A stretch of 64,000 nucleotides of DNA from Bacillota bacterium (GCA_023412915.1 JAEZRE010000018.1:123127-187126); one strand, 5' to 3'; counted from the first letter of the stretch, positions 18,152-27,329 are shown. The notes: generated by a model from the letters alone, not told the origin. Translations and numbers: made by a program.

Positions 18152-19435
18152 ATGTATGAAATAGACGCAAGGCTTTTGGAAAGAGAAAAGGCGGGAAAGC
18201 TCGTTATGGTAAGCCTCATCGGCTGCGGTCAGATGGGAACGGATATCATTGCGCAGGTGGATCAAATGAAAGGGATGCAGATTCCCGTCATTGTCGACCT
18301 CGATACGAGCATTGCATTAAAATCGTTGGAGACGGCGGAATGCAAAAGGGAGTACCTGTGTACGAATGATTTTGCAGAAGCGGAAAAAGCAGTAGGAGAA
18401 GGAAAGCTGGTTATAACGAACGACTGGAAAATCGCCGTCCGCCTGCCCCAGATCGAGGCGGTCATAGACTGTACAGGATCGCCTGTCATGGGAGCGACTA
18501 TTACGTTGGAATGCATTAATTACAGGAAACACATCGTCATGATGAATGTGGAATGTGATATTACCGTAGGCCCGATTTTAAGGCAAATGGCCCAGAATTC
18601 AGGCATAGTATACACTCTGGCGGCAGGCGACGAACCTGCGGCAATCATGGAACTCTACCGTTTTGCCAATGCGCTCGGCTTTACCGTGGTGTCGGCCGGA
18701 AAGGGGAAAAACAATCCTCTGGACCTGACCGCGACGCCCGACACGCTGGCAGAAAAAGCGAAGGCAAGGAATATGAGCGCATACATGCTTTGCGAATTCG
18801 TCGACGGCTCCAAAACCGCCATTGAAATGGCGGCCGTATCAAATGCTACCGGACTGGTACCGGATATCCAGGGAATGCATGGCGCAAAATCCACCGTGGA
18901 TACGTTGAACAAGGTCTTTTGTCCGAAAAAGGACGGAGGCGTGCTCGACAGGGTCGGCGTAGTGGACTTTGCAATCGGTGTCCACCCTGGTGTCTTCCTG
19001 ACCATCACCACTGAAAACAAGAGGCTGCGTTCCTCCTTCATTCAGCGTGATATGGGCGATGGTCCATACTATACGCTGTTCAGGCCATTCCATCTGTGTT
19101 CCATGGAAGTGCCCCTCACCGCTGCGCAGGCGGTGCTTTACGGAGAATCCTCCGGCCATCCGCTGAAAAAGCTTACTTCCGAATGTATAGCTATCATGAA
19201 AAAGGATGGTAAGGCCGGAGACAAGCTGGACGGCATCGGAGGGTACTCCTATCGCGTAAGCATCGATTACGCCGAGGTGGCTGCAAAGGACGGAATGCTG
19301 CCTGCCGGTCTTGCAAAGGGAGCAGTCCTGAAAAGAGATGTGAAGGTCGGAGAAATACTGACCTATGATATGGTCGAGCTCAATGATACGGTATTGCTTC
19401 AGTTGCGCAAGATACAGGACAAAATCTGCATATGA
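18152..19435 (+). CDS. NAD(P)-binding oxidoreductase with C-terminal SAF domain (COG4091-like 'homoserine dehydrogenase-like' family)
   Basis: N-terminal LIGCGQMGTD Rossmann motif. C-terminal VKVGEILTYDMVEL is SAF-like. Function of this family is unassigned as far as I know. Confidence 0.6.
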   Translation: MYEIDARLLEREKAGKLVMVSLIGCGQMGTDIIAQVDQMKGMQIPVIVDLDTSIALKSLETAECKREYLCTNDFAEAEKAVGEGKLVITNDWKIAVRLPQIEAVIDCTGSPVMGATITLECINYRKHIVMMNVECDITVGPILRQMAQNSGIVYTLAAGDEPAAIMELYRFANALGFTVVSAGKGKNNPLDLTATPDTLAEKAKARNMSAYMLCEFVDGSKTAIEMAAVSNATGLVPDIQGMHGAKSTVDTLNKVFCPKKDGGVLDRVGVVDFAIGVHPGVFLTITTENKRLRSSFIQRDMGDGPYYTLFRPFHLCSMEVPLTAAQAVLYGESSGHPLKKLTSECIAIMKKDGKAGDKLDGIGGYSYRVSIDYAEVAAKDGMLPAGLAKGAVLKRDVKVGEILTYDMVELNDTVLLQLRKIQDKICI

Positions 19436-19471
19436 CGCCGATCCGCATCAATTAACAGAGGGGGATATGTG

Positions 19472-20893
19472 ATGGACTACAGGGTAAAAATCGGCTTCGC
19501 GCCGACCAGAAGAACCATTTTCAGCATTGAAGACGCCTTAAAATACAAAGGGCTCATAGAGAAAAAGCTTTCGGACATGGGCGTGGAATACGTTGATATA
19601 AACGATGTCAACGAGGAAGGCCTGCTGTGGCAGGACAGCGATGTTGGCAAGGTTATCGCCAAGTTCAAGGAAGAAAAAGTAGACGCGCTTTTCTTCCCCC
19701 ATTGCAATTTTGGAACGGAATATCTGGTGGGAGAAGTCGCAAAAGCGCTGAATGTTCCCATACTACTGTGGGGTCCGAGAGATGAAGCGCCCCTGGCCGA
19801 CGGGGCAAGGTTGAGGGATACCCAGTGCGGACTTTTTGCAACCGGAAAGGTTTTGAGGCGTTTCCGTCTTCCCTTTACTTACCTTCCGAACTGCAGGCTG
19901 GAGGATGAGGCGTTTGAAAGAGGTGTGCGGAATTTTATTGCCGCGGCGAATGTCGTCAAGGAATTTAAAAAGCTCCGTATTCTTCAGATTTCTACACGCC
20001 CCGCTCCATTCTGGACAATGATGTGCAATGAGGGAGAGCTACTTGAACGTTTTGGCATACAGATCAGACCGTTGTCCATGACGGAGTTCACACACCGGGT
20101 CCGGAAACTGGATGCTTCCAACGATCCAGAGGTGCTCGAAACCGTGCGGTTCATGAAGGAGAACATGGAAATATGTGTGCCGGACGAGGCGGTGAAGACA
20201 CTTGCGGCCTTGAAGGTATCCATGAAGAGGTTCGCTTCTGAATTTGAATGCGGCGCCATAGCCATTCAATGCTGGGATGCCCTGCAGCAGGAATTGCATG
20301 TCATGCCTTGCGTAGCGAACTCGCTGCTCACCGACGAGGGACTGCCCGTGGTCTGCGAAACCGACATACACGGCGCAGTCAGCGCTGTTATGGCTCAAGC
20401 TGCCGGAATGGGAAGAACACCTACTTTCTTTGTGGACTGGTCCGTACGCCATCCCTGGAATGAAAACGGAGAGTTGCTGCAGCACTGCGGTCCATGGCCC
20501 ATATCTCTCGCAAAGGAAGGGACGAAGGCAAAGCTGGGCAGGCCGTTCGCATTCGATGAACACTGCCCGGGGTCCGTTATCGCCGAAATCAAGGGAGGAG
20601 AGATCTCCATTGTAAGGTTTGACGGGGACAACGGCGAATATTCCATGCTGCTGGGTAATGCCAGGGGCATCGAAGGGCCGAAAACCATCGGAACGTATCT
20701 CTGGATCGAGGTGGAGAACTGGTCCAGGCTGGAGCACAAGATTGTTACAGGGCCTTATGTTCACCATGCGGTCGGGATACATGGCGATATCGTTCCCGTT
20801 CTTTATGAAGCATGCAGGTATATTCCCGGTCTAAAGCCGGATTTGTATGACCCGATCCAGGATAAGGTGGAAGCCTGGCTGCGGGGAGAATAA
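19472..20893 (+). CDS. second L-fucose isomerase-superfamily sugar isomerase (divergent paralogue of 10456-11868)
   Basis: VVCETDIHGAV acidic motif and C-terminal GPYVHHAVGIHGD. GAGGGGGA lies 6 nt before ATG 19472. Confidence 0.7.
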   Translation: MDYRVKIGFAPTRRTIFSIEDALKYKGLIEKKLSDMGVEYVDINDVNEEGLLWQDSDVGKVIAKFKEEKVDALFFPHCNFGTEYLVGEVAKALNVPILLWGPRDEAPLADGARLRDTQCGLFATGKVLRRFRLPFTYLPNCRLEDEAFERGVRNFIAAANVVKEFKKLRILQISTRPAPFWTMMCNEGELLERFGIQIRPLSMTEFTHRVRKLDASNDPEVLETVRFMKENMEICVPDEAVKTLAALKVSMKRFASEFECGAIAIQCWDALQQELHVMPCVANSLLTDEGLPVVCETDIHGAVSAVMAQAAGMGRTPTFFVDWSVRHPWNENGELLQHCGPWPISLAKEGTKAKLGRPFAFDEHCPGSVIAEIKGGEISIVRFDGDNGEYSMLLGNARGIEGPKTIGTYLWIEVENWSRLEHKIVTGPYVHHAVGIHGDIVPVLYEACRYIPGLKPDLYDPIQDKVEAWLRGE

Positions 20894-20915
20894 TAAGCGG
20901 GTTGAGGTGAACGGT

Positions 20916-22421
20916 ATGTATTTGCTTGGACTTGATGTGGGAACAACTGGCACGAAGGCTGTTGTGTTCGATCCGGAGGGAAATATCAAGGGTTACGGAT
21001 TTGAGGAATATGATGTTATATGCGAGAAGCCGGGGTATGCGGAACAGGACCCGGAGAAGGTCTGGAACCTGACCAAACAGGTGATCCGGAAGGCAGTCAT
21101 GTATAGCGGCGTGAAAGAAATCGCGGCAATGAGCCTTTCTGTCCAGGGGGATGCTGTCATTCCTGTGGATAGAAATTTGAAACCGCTTCACAATACGCTG
21201 CTTGGAATGGACTACCGATCGTCGCTTCAGAGCCGCAAATGCTCGGAGCTGTTCGGCGACAGGGAGCTTTTCCGCCTTACCGGCATGAGGCCCCATCCGA
21301 TGAATTCCCTTACGAAAATTCTCTGGATCAGGGATAACATACCGGAGGTATACCAAGCCACCTACAAATTCATGACGTACGCCGATTTTATTCTGTCCCG
21401 ACTGGGCGCCGAGCCTTCCATCGACTATACGATGGCATCCAGGACCATGGCGTTTGACCTGGCAGAAAAAAAGTGGTCGAAAACCGTTCTCGACAAGACG
21501 GCAGTGGATGATAATCTGCTATCCAGGCCCGTACCGCCGGGTGAAACAGTGGGGAGAATCAACCCTGCCCTTGCCGTGGAACTGGGCCTGCCGAATAACG
21601 TCCTGCTGGTTTCCGGCGGCCATGACCAGACCTGTGCCGCTCTGGGAGCAGGTGTCGTGGAGGAAAGCATCGCCATCGATTCCCATGGAACCGCGGAGGT
21701 CCTGTCCACTGCCTTCAACAAACCCGTATTGAACGACGGCATGTTCAACGGATACTATCCCTGTTACTGCCATGCTAAAAACGGGATGTACTTCACTTTT
21801 TCCTTGAACCATATCGGAGGGATCCTGCTTAAGTGGTACAGGGACAATCTGGGCTATGCGGAGGTCAGGGAGGCGGAAGAAAAGCAGGAGCCTGTTTACC
21901 GGCTAATGGAGGAGAAGGCGCCGGAAGGCCCTTCTTCCGTATTGGTGCTGCCCCATTTCAATGGAAGCGGCACTCCGTGGTGCGACCTGGATTCCAAAGG
22001 CGCTTTCGTCGGCTTGACAATGTCGACGACCAGACATGATATCGTCAAAGGAATTCTGGACAGCCTTACCTATGAGCTCCGCATGAACATGGAGACAATG
22101 AGAAGCGCGGGAATCAGCATCCGGGAGCTCAGATCCGTAGGGGGAGCGGCTCGGTCCGCAAAGTGGCTGCAGATCAAGGCGGATATTACCGGATGTTCCG
22201 TTTCAACGCTCAGGGTCCGCGAGGCCGCTTGTCTTGGCGCGGCGCTTCTGGCCGGAACTGCGACGGGCTGCTACTCCGATTTGAATGAAGCGGTGAAGCA
22301 AACCGTAGTCGTTCATCACAAATATGAGCCGGACAATAAAATGGCCAAATTGTATGAAGAGAAATATAGCGCATACAAAGATTTATATGATACACTGAAA
22401 AGTATAAATAAAAGGCTCTAA
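20916..22421 (+). CDS. FGGY-family carbohydrate kinase (xylulokinase-like)
   Basis: LGLDVGTTGTKAVVFD N-terminal phosphate-1 motif and C-terminal SVGGAARS. The start is moved to ATG 20916 (GAGGTGA upstream); the longer ORF overlaps the preceding gene. Confidence 0.9.
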   Translation: MYLLGLDVGTTGTKAVVFDPEGNIKGYGFEEYDVICEKPGYAEQDPEKVWNLTKQVIRKAVMYSGVKEIAAMSLSVQGDAVIPVDRNLKPLHNTLLGMDYRSSLQSRKCSELFGDRELFRLTGMRPHPMNSLTKILWIRDNIPEVYQATYKFMTYADFILSRLGAEPSIDYTMASRTMAFDLAEKKWSKTVLDKTAVDDNLLSRPVPPGETVGRINPALAVELGLPNNVLLVSGGHDQTCAALGAGVVEESIAIDSHGTAEVLSTAFNKPVLNDGMFNGYYPCYCHAKNGMYFTFSLNHIGGILLKWYRDNLGYAEVREAEEKQEPVYRLMEEKAPEGPSSVLVLPHFNGSGTPWCDLDSKGAFVGLTMSTTRHDIVKGILDSLTYELRMNMETMRSAGISIRELRSVGGAARSAKWLQIKADITGCSVSTLRVREAACLGAALLAGTATGCYSDLNEAVKQTVVVHHKYEPDNKMAKLYEEKYSAYKDLYDTLKSINKRL

Positions 22422-22442
22422 ATTTTTCAGGGAGACAAGGAT

Positions 22443-23324
22443 ATGCCGATCACACTGAAAGGGAAAAACCTGGAACTCATACCGCATAATTGCCTGATCA
22501 GACTACAGGCGATTTACGATTCACTCAAATCCGCAGAGAAAAAAGCGGCGGATCTCCTGCTGGACAGGCCGGATTTCGTTTCCGAAGCTTCGATCATCGA
22601 GGCGGCGGGAGCGGCGGGATGTAGTGAAGCCACTCTGGTGAGGCTTGCCAGAAAGCTGGGGTATTGCGGATACCCGGAACTGAAAGCCTGCCTGCATCCG
22701 GACAATCGGCAGAATCCCATTCCCATGTACGCGGGAGTCACTGCGGAGGACTCCTGTGAAACTGTTGCGGAGAAGGTGTTCGAAGCATCCATACAGGCTC
22801 TGCACGATACGCTGGAAGCCATAGACAGGAACGAATACCGGAAGGCGGTCGACGCTGTGGCAGATGCCGGAAGCATAGTTTTCTGCGGAGCCGGAGATGC
22901 TGCAAATGTGGCGCTTTCCGGATTTCAGAAGTTCGTCCGCACCGGCGCGCACGTTTATGCGTCGCCGGATCCGGATATTCAGCTGATCACCGTATCCCAC
23001 CTGAAAAAGAAGGATGTGGTCATTGCCATATCCCATTCGGGAAGGACAAAAAGCGTAGTCGATGTGGTCAAATATGCAAAAGCCGCAGGTGTGACTGTAA
23101 TCTGTATCACGAATTTTCCGGTTTCACCTCTTGCAAAAAATTCGGATATCGTCCTGCTGACAGCAGCTTTTGCAGAGCATCTCAAAGGCGAGGTCATGTC
23201 CAAGAGGGTTGCGGAGCTTTGCCTCTTGGAAAGCCTGTTTGTAAACGTTCTCCTGAAAAAGGGGAATACCTGCCTTGAAGGCCTGAAAAGGTCCAATGAC
23301 GCTCTCGAAGTAAATAAGCTATAG
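22443..23324 (+). CDS. RpiR/MurR-family transcriptional regulator (HTH_6 plus SIS)
   Basis: N-terminal HTH (SEASIIEAAGAAGCSEATLVRLARKLGYCGY). SIS motifs FCGAGDAA and VIAISHSGRTK. Confidence 0.9.
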   Translation: MPITLKGKNLELIPHNCLIRLQAIYDSLKSAEKKAADLLLDRPDFVSEASIIEAAGAAGCSEATLVRLARKLGYCGYPELKACLHPDNRQNPIPMYAGVTAEDSCETVAEKVFEASIQALHDTLEAIDRNEYRKAVDAVADAGSIVFCGAGDAANVALSGFQKFVRTGAHVYASPDPDIQLITVSHLKKKDVVIAISHSGRTKSVVDVVKYAKAAGVTVICITNFPVSPLAKNSDIVLLTAAFAEHLKGEVMSKRVAELCLLESLFVNVLLKKGNTCLEGLKRSNDALEVNKL

Positions 23325-24524
23325 GATAAACCGGTCCATAAGCGTACAACCTTTTTCAACGAATATACCGGTCCTCTGCGCCTGGAACTCGTCGTAGCCC
23401 GCAATTCCTGAGGGCATGCTCGAGCCTTTTCTGTATATGATGTACGGAACGGGTTCCGGGGTATGCGTCCTTAATGAGAGCGGAGTCGGGTGGTCCGGCA
23501 GCACCATAATGCCGTAATCGTCGAATTCTTTCATACCTTCGAGCAACACTCCTACGATCTCACTATCGATTAGCTCTATGGAACGCACCTTGTTGTCGAT
23601 TTCGTATCTGTGACCGCACTCGTCGGGCGCTTCCACGTGGACATAAACGAAATCCTTGCCGTTCCTGAGCTCCTTCAGCGCGGCTTCGGCCTTGCCCCTG
23701 AAGTTTGTATTTATATTGCCCGTAGCTCCTTCGACGTCAATAGAGTCAAGTCCGGCGCATATGCCGATTCCTTTTATGAGGTCGACTGCTGAGACAACAG
23801 AGCCTTTTATGCCGTATTTATCCGTGAATTTCGGGATCGCAGGCTTTTTCCCTTCGCCCCAGAGCCATATTGAATTGGCAGGGCGCAGACCGCGTGCTAT
23901 TCTGGCTTTGTTTACCGGATGATCCTTCAGCAGCTCATAGCTCTTCTTCTGCATTTCCAACATCATTTCACTGCTGTCTCCGGCAGGCAGATAGGATGAG
24001 ATATTCTTTTCCAGTATGTCGTGTGGAGGCGTCATTTTCCTGCTGCCTCGGCCGTTATGCCAGACCATGCAGTGCCTGTAGCTTATTCCGGGATGAAATG
24101 TGATATCATCGTTCGAAAGGTATTTGTTTATTTCCTTTATCAATTCGGAGGCTTCGGCCGTAGAGATCTCATCGGAGCTGTAATCGACCATCGTAGCCGT
24201 TTCATAATTGCCTTCGACGGCCAGGTTGACAAGATTGCAACGGAAGGCGAGGTCGGTGTCGGACAGTTCGACGCCCATGCTTACTGCTTCGAGAGGCGAT
24301 CTGCCTGTGTAATATTTATTCGGGTCGTAGCCCATGACTGAAAGGTTAGCTGAGTCGCTTCCCGGGGGTATCCCTTCCGGAATGGTTTTGACCATACCGA
24401 TTTCACCGTTTGCGGCAAGATAATCTATATTCGGCTTTTTAGCGCATTGCAGGGGAGTCCTGTTTCCCAGCTGGGGCATTCGGTAGTCTGCCATTCCGTC
24501 GCCCAGAACAACTACGTATTTCAT
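23319..24524 (-). CDS. apgM: cofactor-independent phosphoglycerate mutase family protein, archaeal ApgM type (alkaline phosphatase superfamily)
   Basis: MKYVVVLGDGMAD.., GSDSANLSVMGYDP, VYVHVEAPDECGH and VLPDHPTP are the metal-ligand blocks of this family. Confidence 0.8.
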   Translation of the reverse strand: MKYVVVLGDGMADYRMPQLGNRTPLQCAKKPNIDYLAANGEIGMVKTIPEGIPPGSDSANLSVMGYDPNKYYTGRSPLEAVSMGVELSDTDLAFRCNLVNLAVEGNYETATMVDYSSDEISTAEASELIKEINKYLSNDDITFHPGISYRHCMVWHNGRGSRKMTPPHDILEKNISSYLPAGDSSEMMLEMQKKSYELLKDHPVNKARIARGLRPANSIWLWGEGKKPAIPKFTDKYGIKGSVVSAVDLIKGIGICAGLDSIDVEGATGNINTNFRGKAEAALKELRNGKDFVYVHVEAPDECGHRYEIDNKVRSIELIDSEIVGVLLEGMKEFDDYGIMVLPDHPTPLSLRTHTPEPVPYIIYRKGSSMPSGIAGYDEFQAQRTGIFVEKGCTLMDRFIL

Positions 24525-24566
24525 ATGCTGTCAAATCTCCATTCTGTTTTCGAATAATCCGTCACC

Positions 24567-24596
24567 AATTATACCATGATTTATCATGGTATAATT
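24567..24596. repeat. perfect 14-bp inverted repeat (2-nt spacer) just upstream of the apgM-type gene; candidate operator
   Basis: AATTATACCATGAT tt ATCATGGTATAATT. Each arm contains TATAAT. Confidence 0.6.
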
Positions 24597-24666
24597 GCGC
24601 ATCGCCGTTTTGCCATCCAAATATTCAAGGGCAAATTATCGGCGGCGCATAAATTCCGCCGGAGGC

Positions 24667-24699
24667 ATATAATAGCCTTACCTCGTAAGGCTATTATAT
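24667..24699. repeat. perfect 15-bp stem / 3-nt loop hairpin in the intergenic region
   Basis: ATATAATAGCCTTAC ctc GTAAGGCTATTATAT. No U tract on either strand. Confidence 0.6.
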
Positions 24700-24743
24700 C
24701 AAACTTTGAAATTCGTGGAAAGGATATTTACTGTTCCTGTAAA

Positions 24744-24772
24744 TTGTCCGCGCATAATTCTTACTGTATAAT
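24744..24772 (+). promoter_or_regulatory. sigma-A-type promoter for the 24949 gene
   Basis: TTGTCC, 17-nt spacer, TATAAT. Implies a 5' leader of about 170 nt. Confidence 0.5.
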
Positions 24773-24948
24773 ATAAACATATTATAACGAGGCGCAAAAG
24801 TATTTACCTCGTTGAAACGCTATAGAGGAAAGAAAATTTTTCTACAAACGAATAATTTTCTTTGAATTGACGCGTTACAGTCCGGCAAATAGTACATCAT
24901 ACGGATGAACCGGGTATATTGCGGTACCCGGGGTAAGAAAGGTCCCAG

Positions 24949-26574
24949 GTGAAAGGCATGAATAGGAAAGCACTGGCTGTTATTGTTATTCTGACAGTAT
25001 TACTGCTCGCAGCGTTATTCGTATATTATGATCACAAGCTTGTTGACAATTTCGTACAAACGGCAGAGGAGCAGCAAACACCGGAGGCTTCGAATACGGG
25101 CGTCGATGGAACAGCTATCGGCGGAACTGCCGTCGCCGATGCCGCCGGCGCGGATGCCGCCGGGGAGAATTCGACAGTTTCGCAGGCAGGCGACGGCGCA
25201 AATACAGCCGGACAGCCGCCGGCGCCAGAACCTGTGCTTAACGCCGAGAAGGTCGACGTCAGGTACAACTCGCCCGAATACGATCTGAAGCTCGACCTGA
25301 GCGAGAGCCCGGATAAGAAAACCTTCATCCGGATGAAATACTATCTTGACGGGTCGGAAAGGATAAACGAGCTTGCTGAGGACAGTCTGCCGGAGCTGGC
25401 GGGGCTTTTTGAAAAAAGGAAAGAGAACGCTGGTACCGAGGGCGGCTACAAAATATCTCAAGCCTTGCTAAACCCTGTTTTCGGGCAGCTTTACATACTT
25501 ATAAACGACGTGCCTCCGGGAGAATATATGCAGTCCTCCTTTTACATGATCGATCTTAAGGATTTGTCGGTAAAGAAGCTTTTTTACTATCCCGGGAAAT
25601 ATGGGGAAATGGAGTTCAACAAGGACTTCAGCCTTTTGGCGTACAGCTTCGGGGATCCTCCGGTATTGAGCGTCCACCAGGAAGACAACCTGGTCGAGGT
25701 TTTTGACTGTAAAAATACAGAATACGCGGTGAAGGGAAACCTGTTTTTGCCTGAACAGCACATCATCGGGACAAACAGCAGCAAGGACGTTTTATACGAC
25801 TTCTGGTTCGAAGGGTGGAATACCCAAAAGGTGCTGAAGCTGAAAATGGGTATGCGGCCGCTGAACGCTCCGGATACCGAACCGGTCCTGAAAGAGGTGC
25901 TGTACGATATTTCGAGGAATCTTCTGCTTGATATGAACGGCGGAGAATTGAAACACGAGGTTCCGGACAATTCGGCGGCCTCCTCCATATCCACGGAAGA
26001 ATCGGACGAAGGTTCGGACAATGAGCCTGAAAAGAGCAGCATGACGGGAAACGGCACAAATGCTGGCCAAACCGGCAGCAAGACTACTACGGACCGGACG
26101 GACGGCAAGACGACCGCAGGGAGCCAAACCGGGGACGGCACAACCGGCAATCCGGGCAAGGTCGGTTCGGATTCCGCCGTGAAGCCCACGGATTCAGAGC
26201 CCTTAAAGGTGTTGAAAAATTTCTATATTAATCTGAACTCCGCAGACACATATACAAAGGCAATGGATATGCTTGACGACGGCTTTGTTCTCAAGCTGGG
26301 CATGCTCGAACAATTCGGAGTTACCGCGATAAATAAAAAAGACATATCCTCCGAATATAACGAAGATAACATAAACTTGTACAGCGAATTGTTAAAGGCG
26401 GCAAACTTTGATACAATTGCAAAGGAAAATACCAAAGGCAGTCTCAGTACGATAGCCTACTACCAGGTCATGAGCCTTGGGGAGGCTTCGCATGAGAGAC
26501 AGTACCTTTCCGCGCAGCTCAGGCTTGCGGACGGCAAGTGGAAAATCACATTGATAGAGGACGGGGTCAAATAA
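24949..26574 (+). CDS. hypothetical membrane-anchored/secreted protein with low-complexity linkers
   Basis: N-terminal TM ALAVIVILTVLLLAALFVYY. Ala/Gly/Thr-rich low-complexity stretches. C-terminal part of about 130 aa looks like a small globular domain. GTG start after AAGAAAGG. Confidence 0.7.
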   Translation: MKGMNRKALAVIVILTVLLLAALFVYYDHKLVDNFVQTAEEQQTPEASNTGVDGTAIGGTAVADAAGADAAGENSTVSQAGDGANTAGQPPAPEPVLNAEKVDVRYNSPEYDLKLDLSESPDKKTFIRMKYYLDGSERINELAEDSLPELAGLFEKRKENAGTEGGYKISQALLNPVFGQLYILINDVPPGEYMQSSFYMIDLKDLSVKKLFYYPGKYGEMEFNKDFSLLAYSFGDPPVLSVHQEDNLVEVFDCKNTEYAVKGNLFLPEQHIIGTNSSKDVLYDFWFEGWNTQKVLKLKMGMRPLNAPDTEPVLKEVLYDISRNLLLDMNGGELKHEVPDNSAASSISTEESDEGSDNEPEKSSMTGNGTNAGQTGSKTTTDRTDGKTTAGSQTGDGTTGNPGKVGSDSAVKPTDSEPLKVLKNFYINLNSADTYTKAMDMLDDGFVLKLGMLEQFGVTAINKKDISSEYNEDNINLYSELLKAANFDTIAKENTKGSLSTIAYYQVMSLGEASHERQYLSAQLRLADGKWKITLIEDGVK

Positions 26575-27329
26575 TGCAGCATGCATTTTCAAGGTTTGAA
26601 ATGCTGGTTGGAGAGGACGCGATACAAAAGCTCAAGCAGGCCAGGGTAGCCATATTCGGGGTGGGAGGCGTCGGGAGTTTCGTCGTCGAGGGACTCGTCA
26701 GGAGCGGCGTCGGCAAATTCATGCTTGTGGATGACGACCTGGTATGCCTGACAAATCTGAACCGGCAGATACATGCGACCAGAAAAACGATAGGTAAGCC
26801 GAAGGTCGACGTAATGAAGGAGAGGATACTTGACATAAACCCAAAGGCCGAGGTGGAGACGCACAAGCTGTTTTATCTGCCCGAGACAGCGGGGCAGCTG
26901 CTCGACGGACAGCTCGACTATATTGTGGACGCCATCGACACCGTGACGGCCAAGATAGATCTTGTCATGAAGGCGAAAGGGAAGGGTATACCCATAATTT
27001 CAAGCATGGGCACGGGGAACAAGTTCGACCCTACAAAGCTCATGATAACCGATATAAGCAAGACATCGATCGATCCGCTCGCAAGAGTCATGCGCAAGGA
27101 ATTGAGGGTCAGAGGCATCACATCTTTAAAGGTGCTGTTTTCCAGCGAGGAACCTTCCAAAACCTTGCTAACGGAGAGGACAAGCTGTAAGGAAAACTGC
27201 GTTTGCCCTGCCGGCACCGATAGAAAATGCACCGACAGGCGGAATATACCGGGGAGCACTCCTTTCGTTCCGCCGGCCGCGGGTCTCATCATCGCAAGCG
27301 AAGTAGTCAGGGAATTGATAGGACGATGA
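26574..27329 (+). CDS. tcdA: tRNA threonylcarbamoyladenosine dehydratase (ThiF/MoeB-fold E1-like, TcdA/CsdL)
   Basis: FSRFEMLVGEDAIQKL..VAIFGVGGVGSFVVEGLVRSGVGKFMLVDDD..NLNRQ matches TcdA. The ATG overlaps the previous stop (TAATG). Confidence 0.85.
   Translation: MQHAFSRFEMLVGEDAIQKLKQARVAIFGVGGVGSFVVEGLVRSGVGKFMLVDDDLVCLTNLNRQIHATRKTIGKPKVDVMKERILDINPKAEVETHKLFYLPETAGQLLDGQLDYIVDAIDTVTAKIDLVMKAKGKGIPIISSMGTGNKFDPTKLMITDISKTSIDPLARVMRKELRVRGITSLKVLFSSEEPSKTLLTERTSCKENCVCPAGTDRKCTDRRNIPGSTPFVPPAAGLIIASEVVRELIGR

Noticed and set aside
23319-23324. Convergent rpiR-like and apgM-like genes overlap by 6 nt at a CTATAG palindrome that supplies both stop codons.
   Set aside because: A curiosity of convergent gene ends. 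No terminator or other signal suggests a regulatory role.
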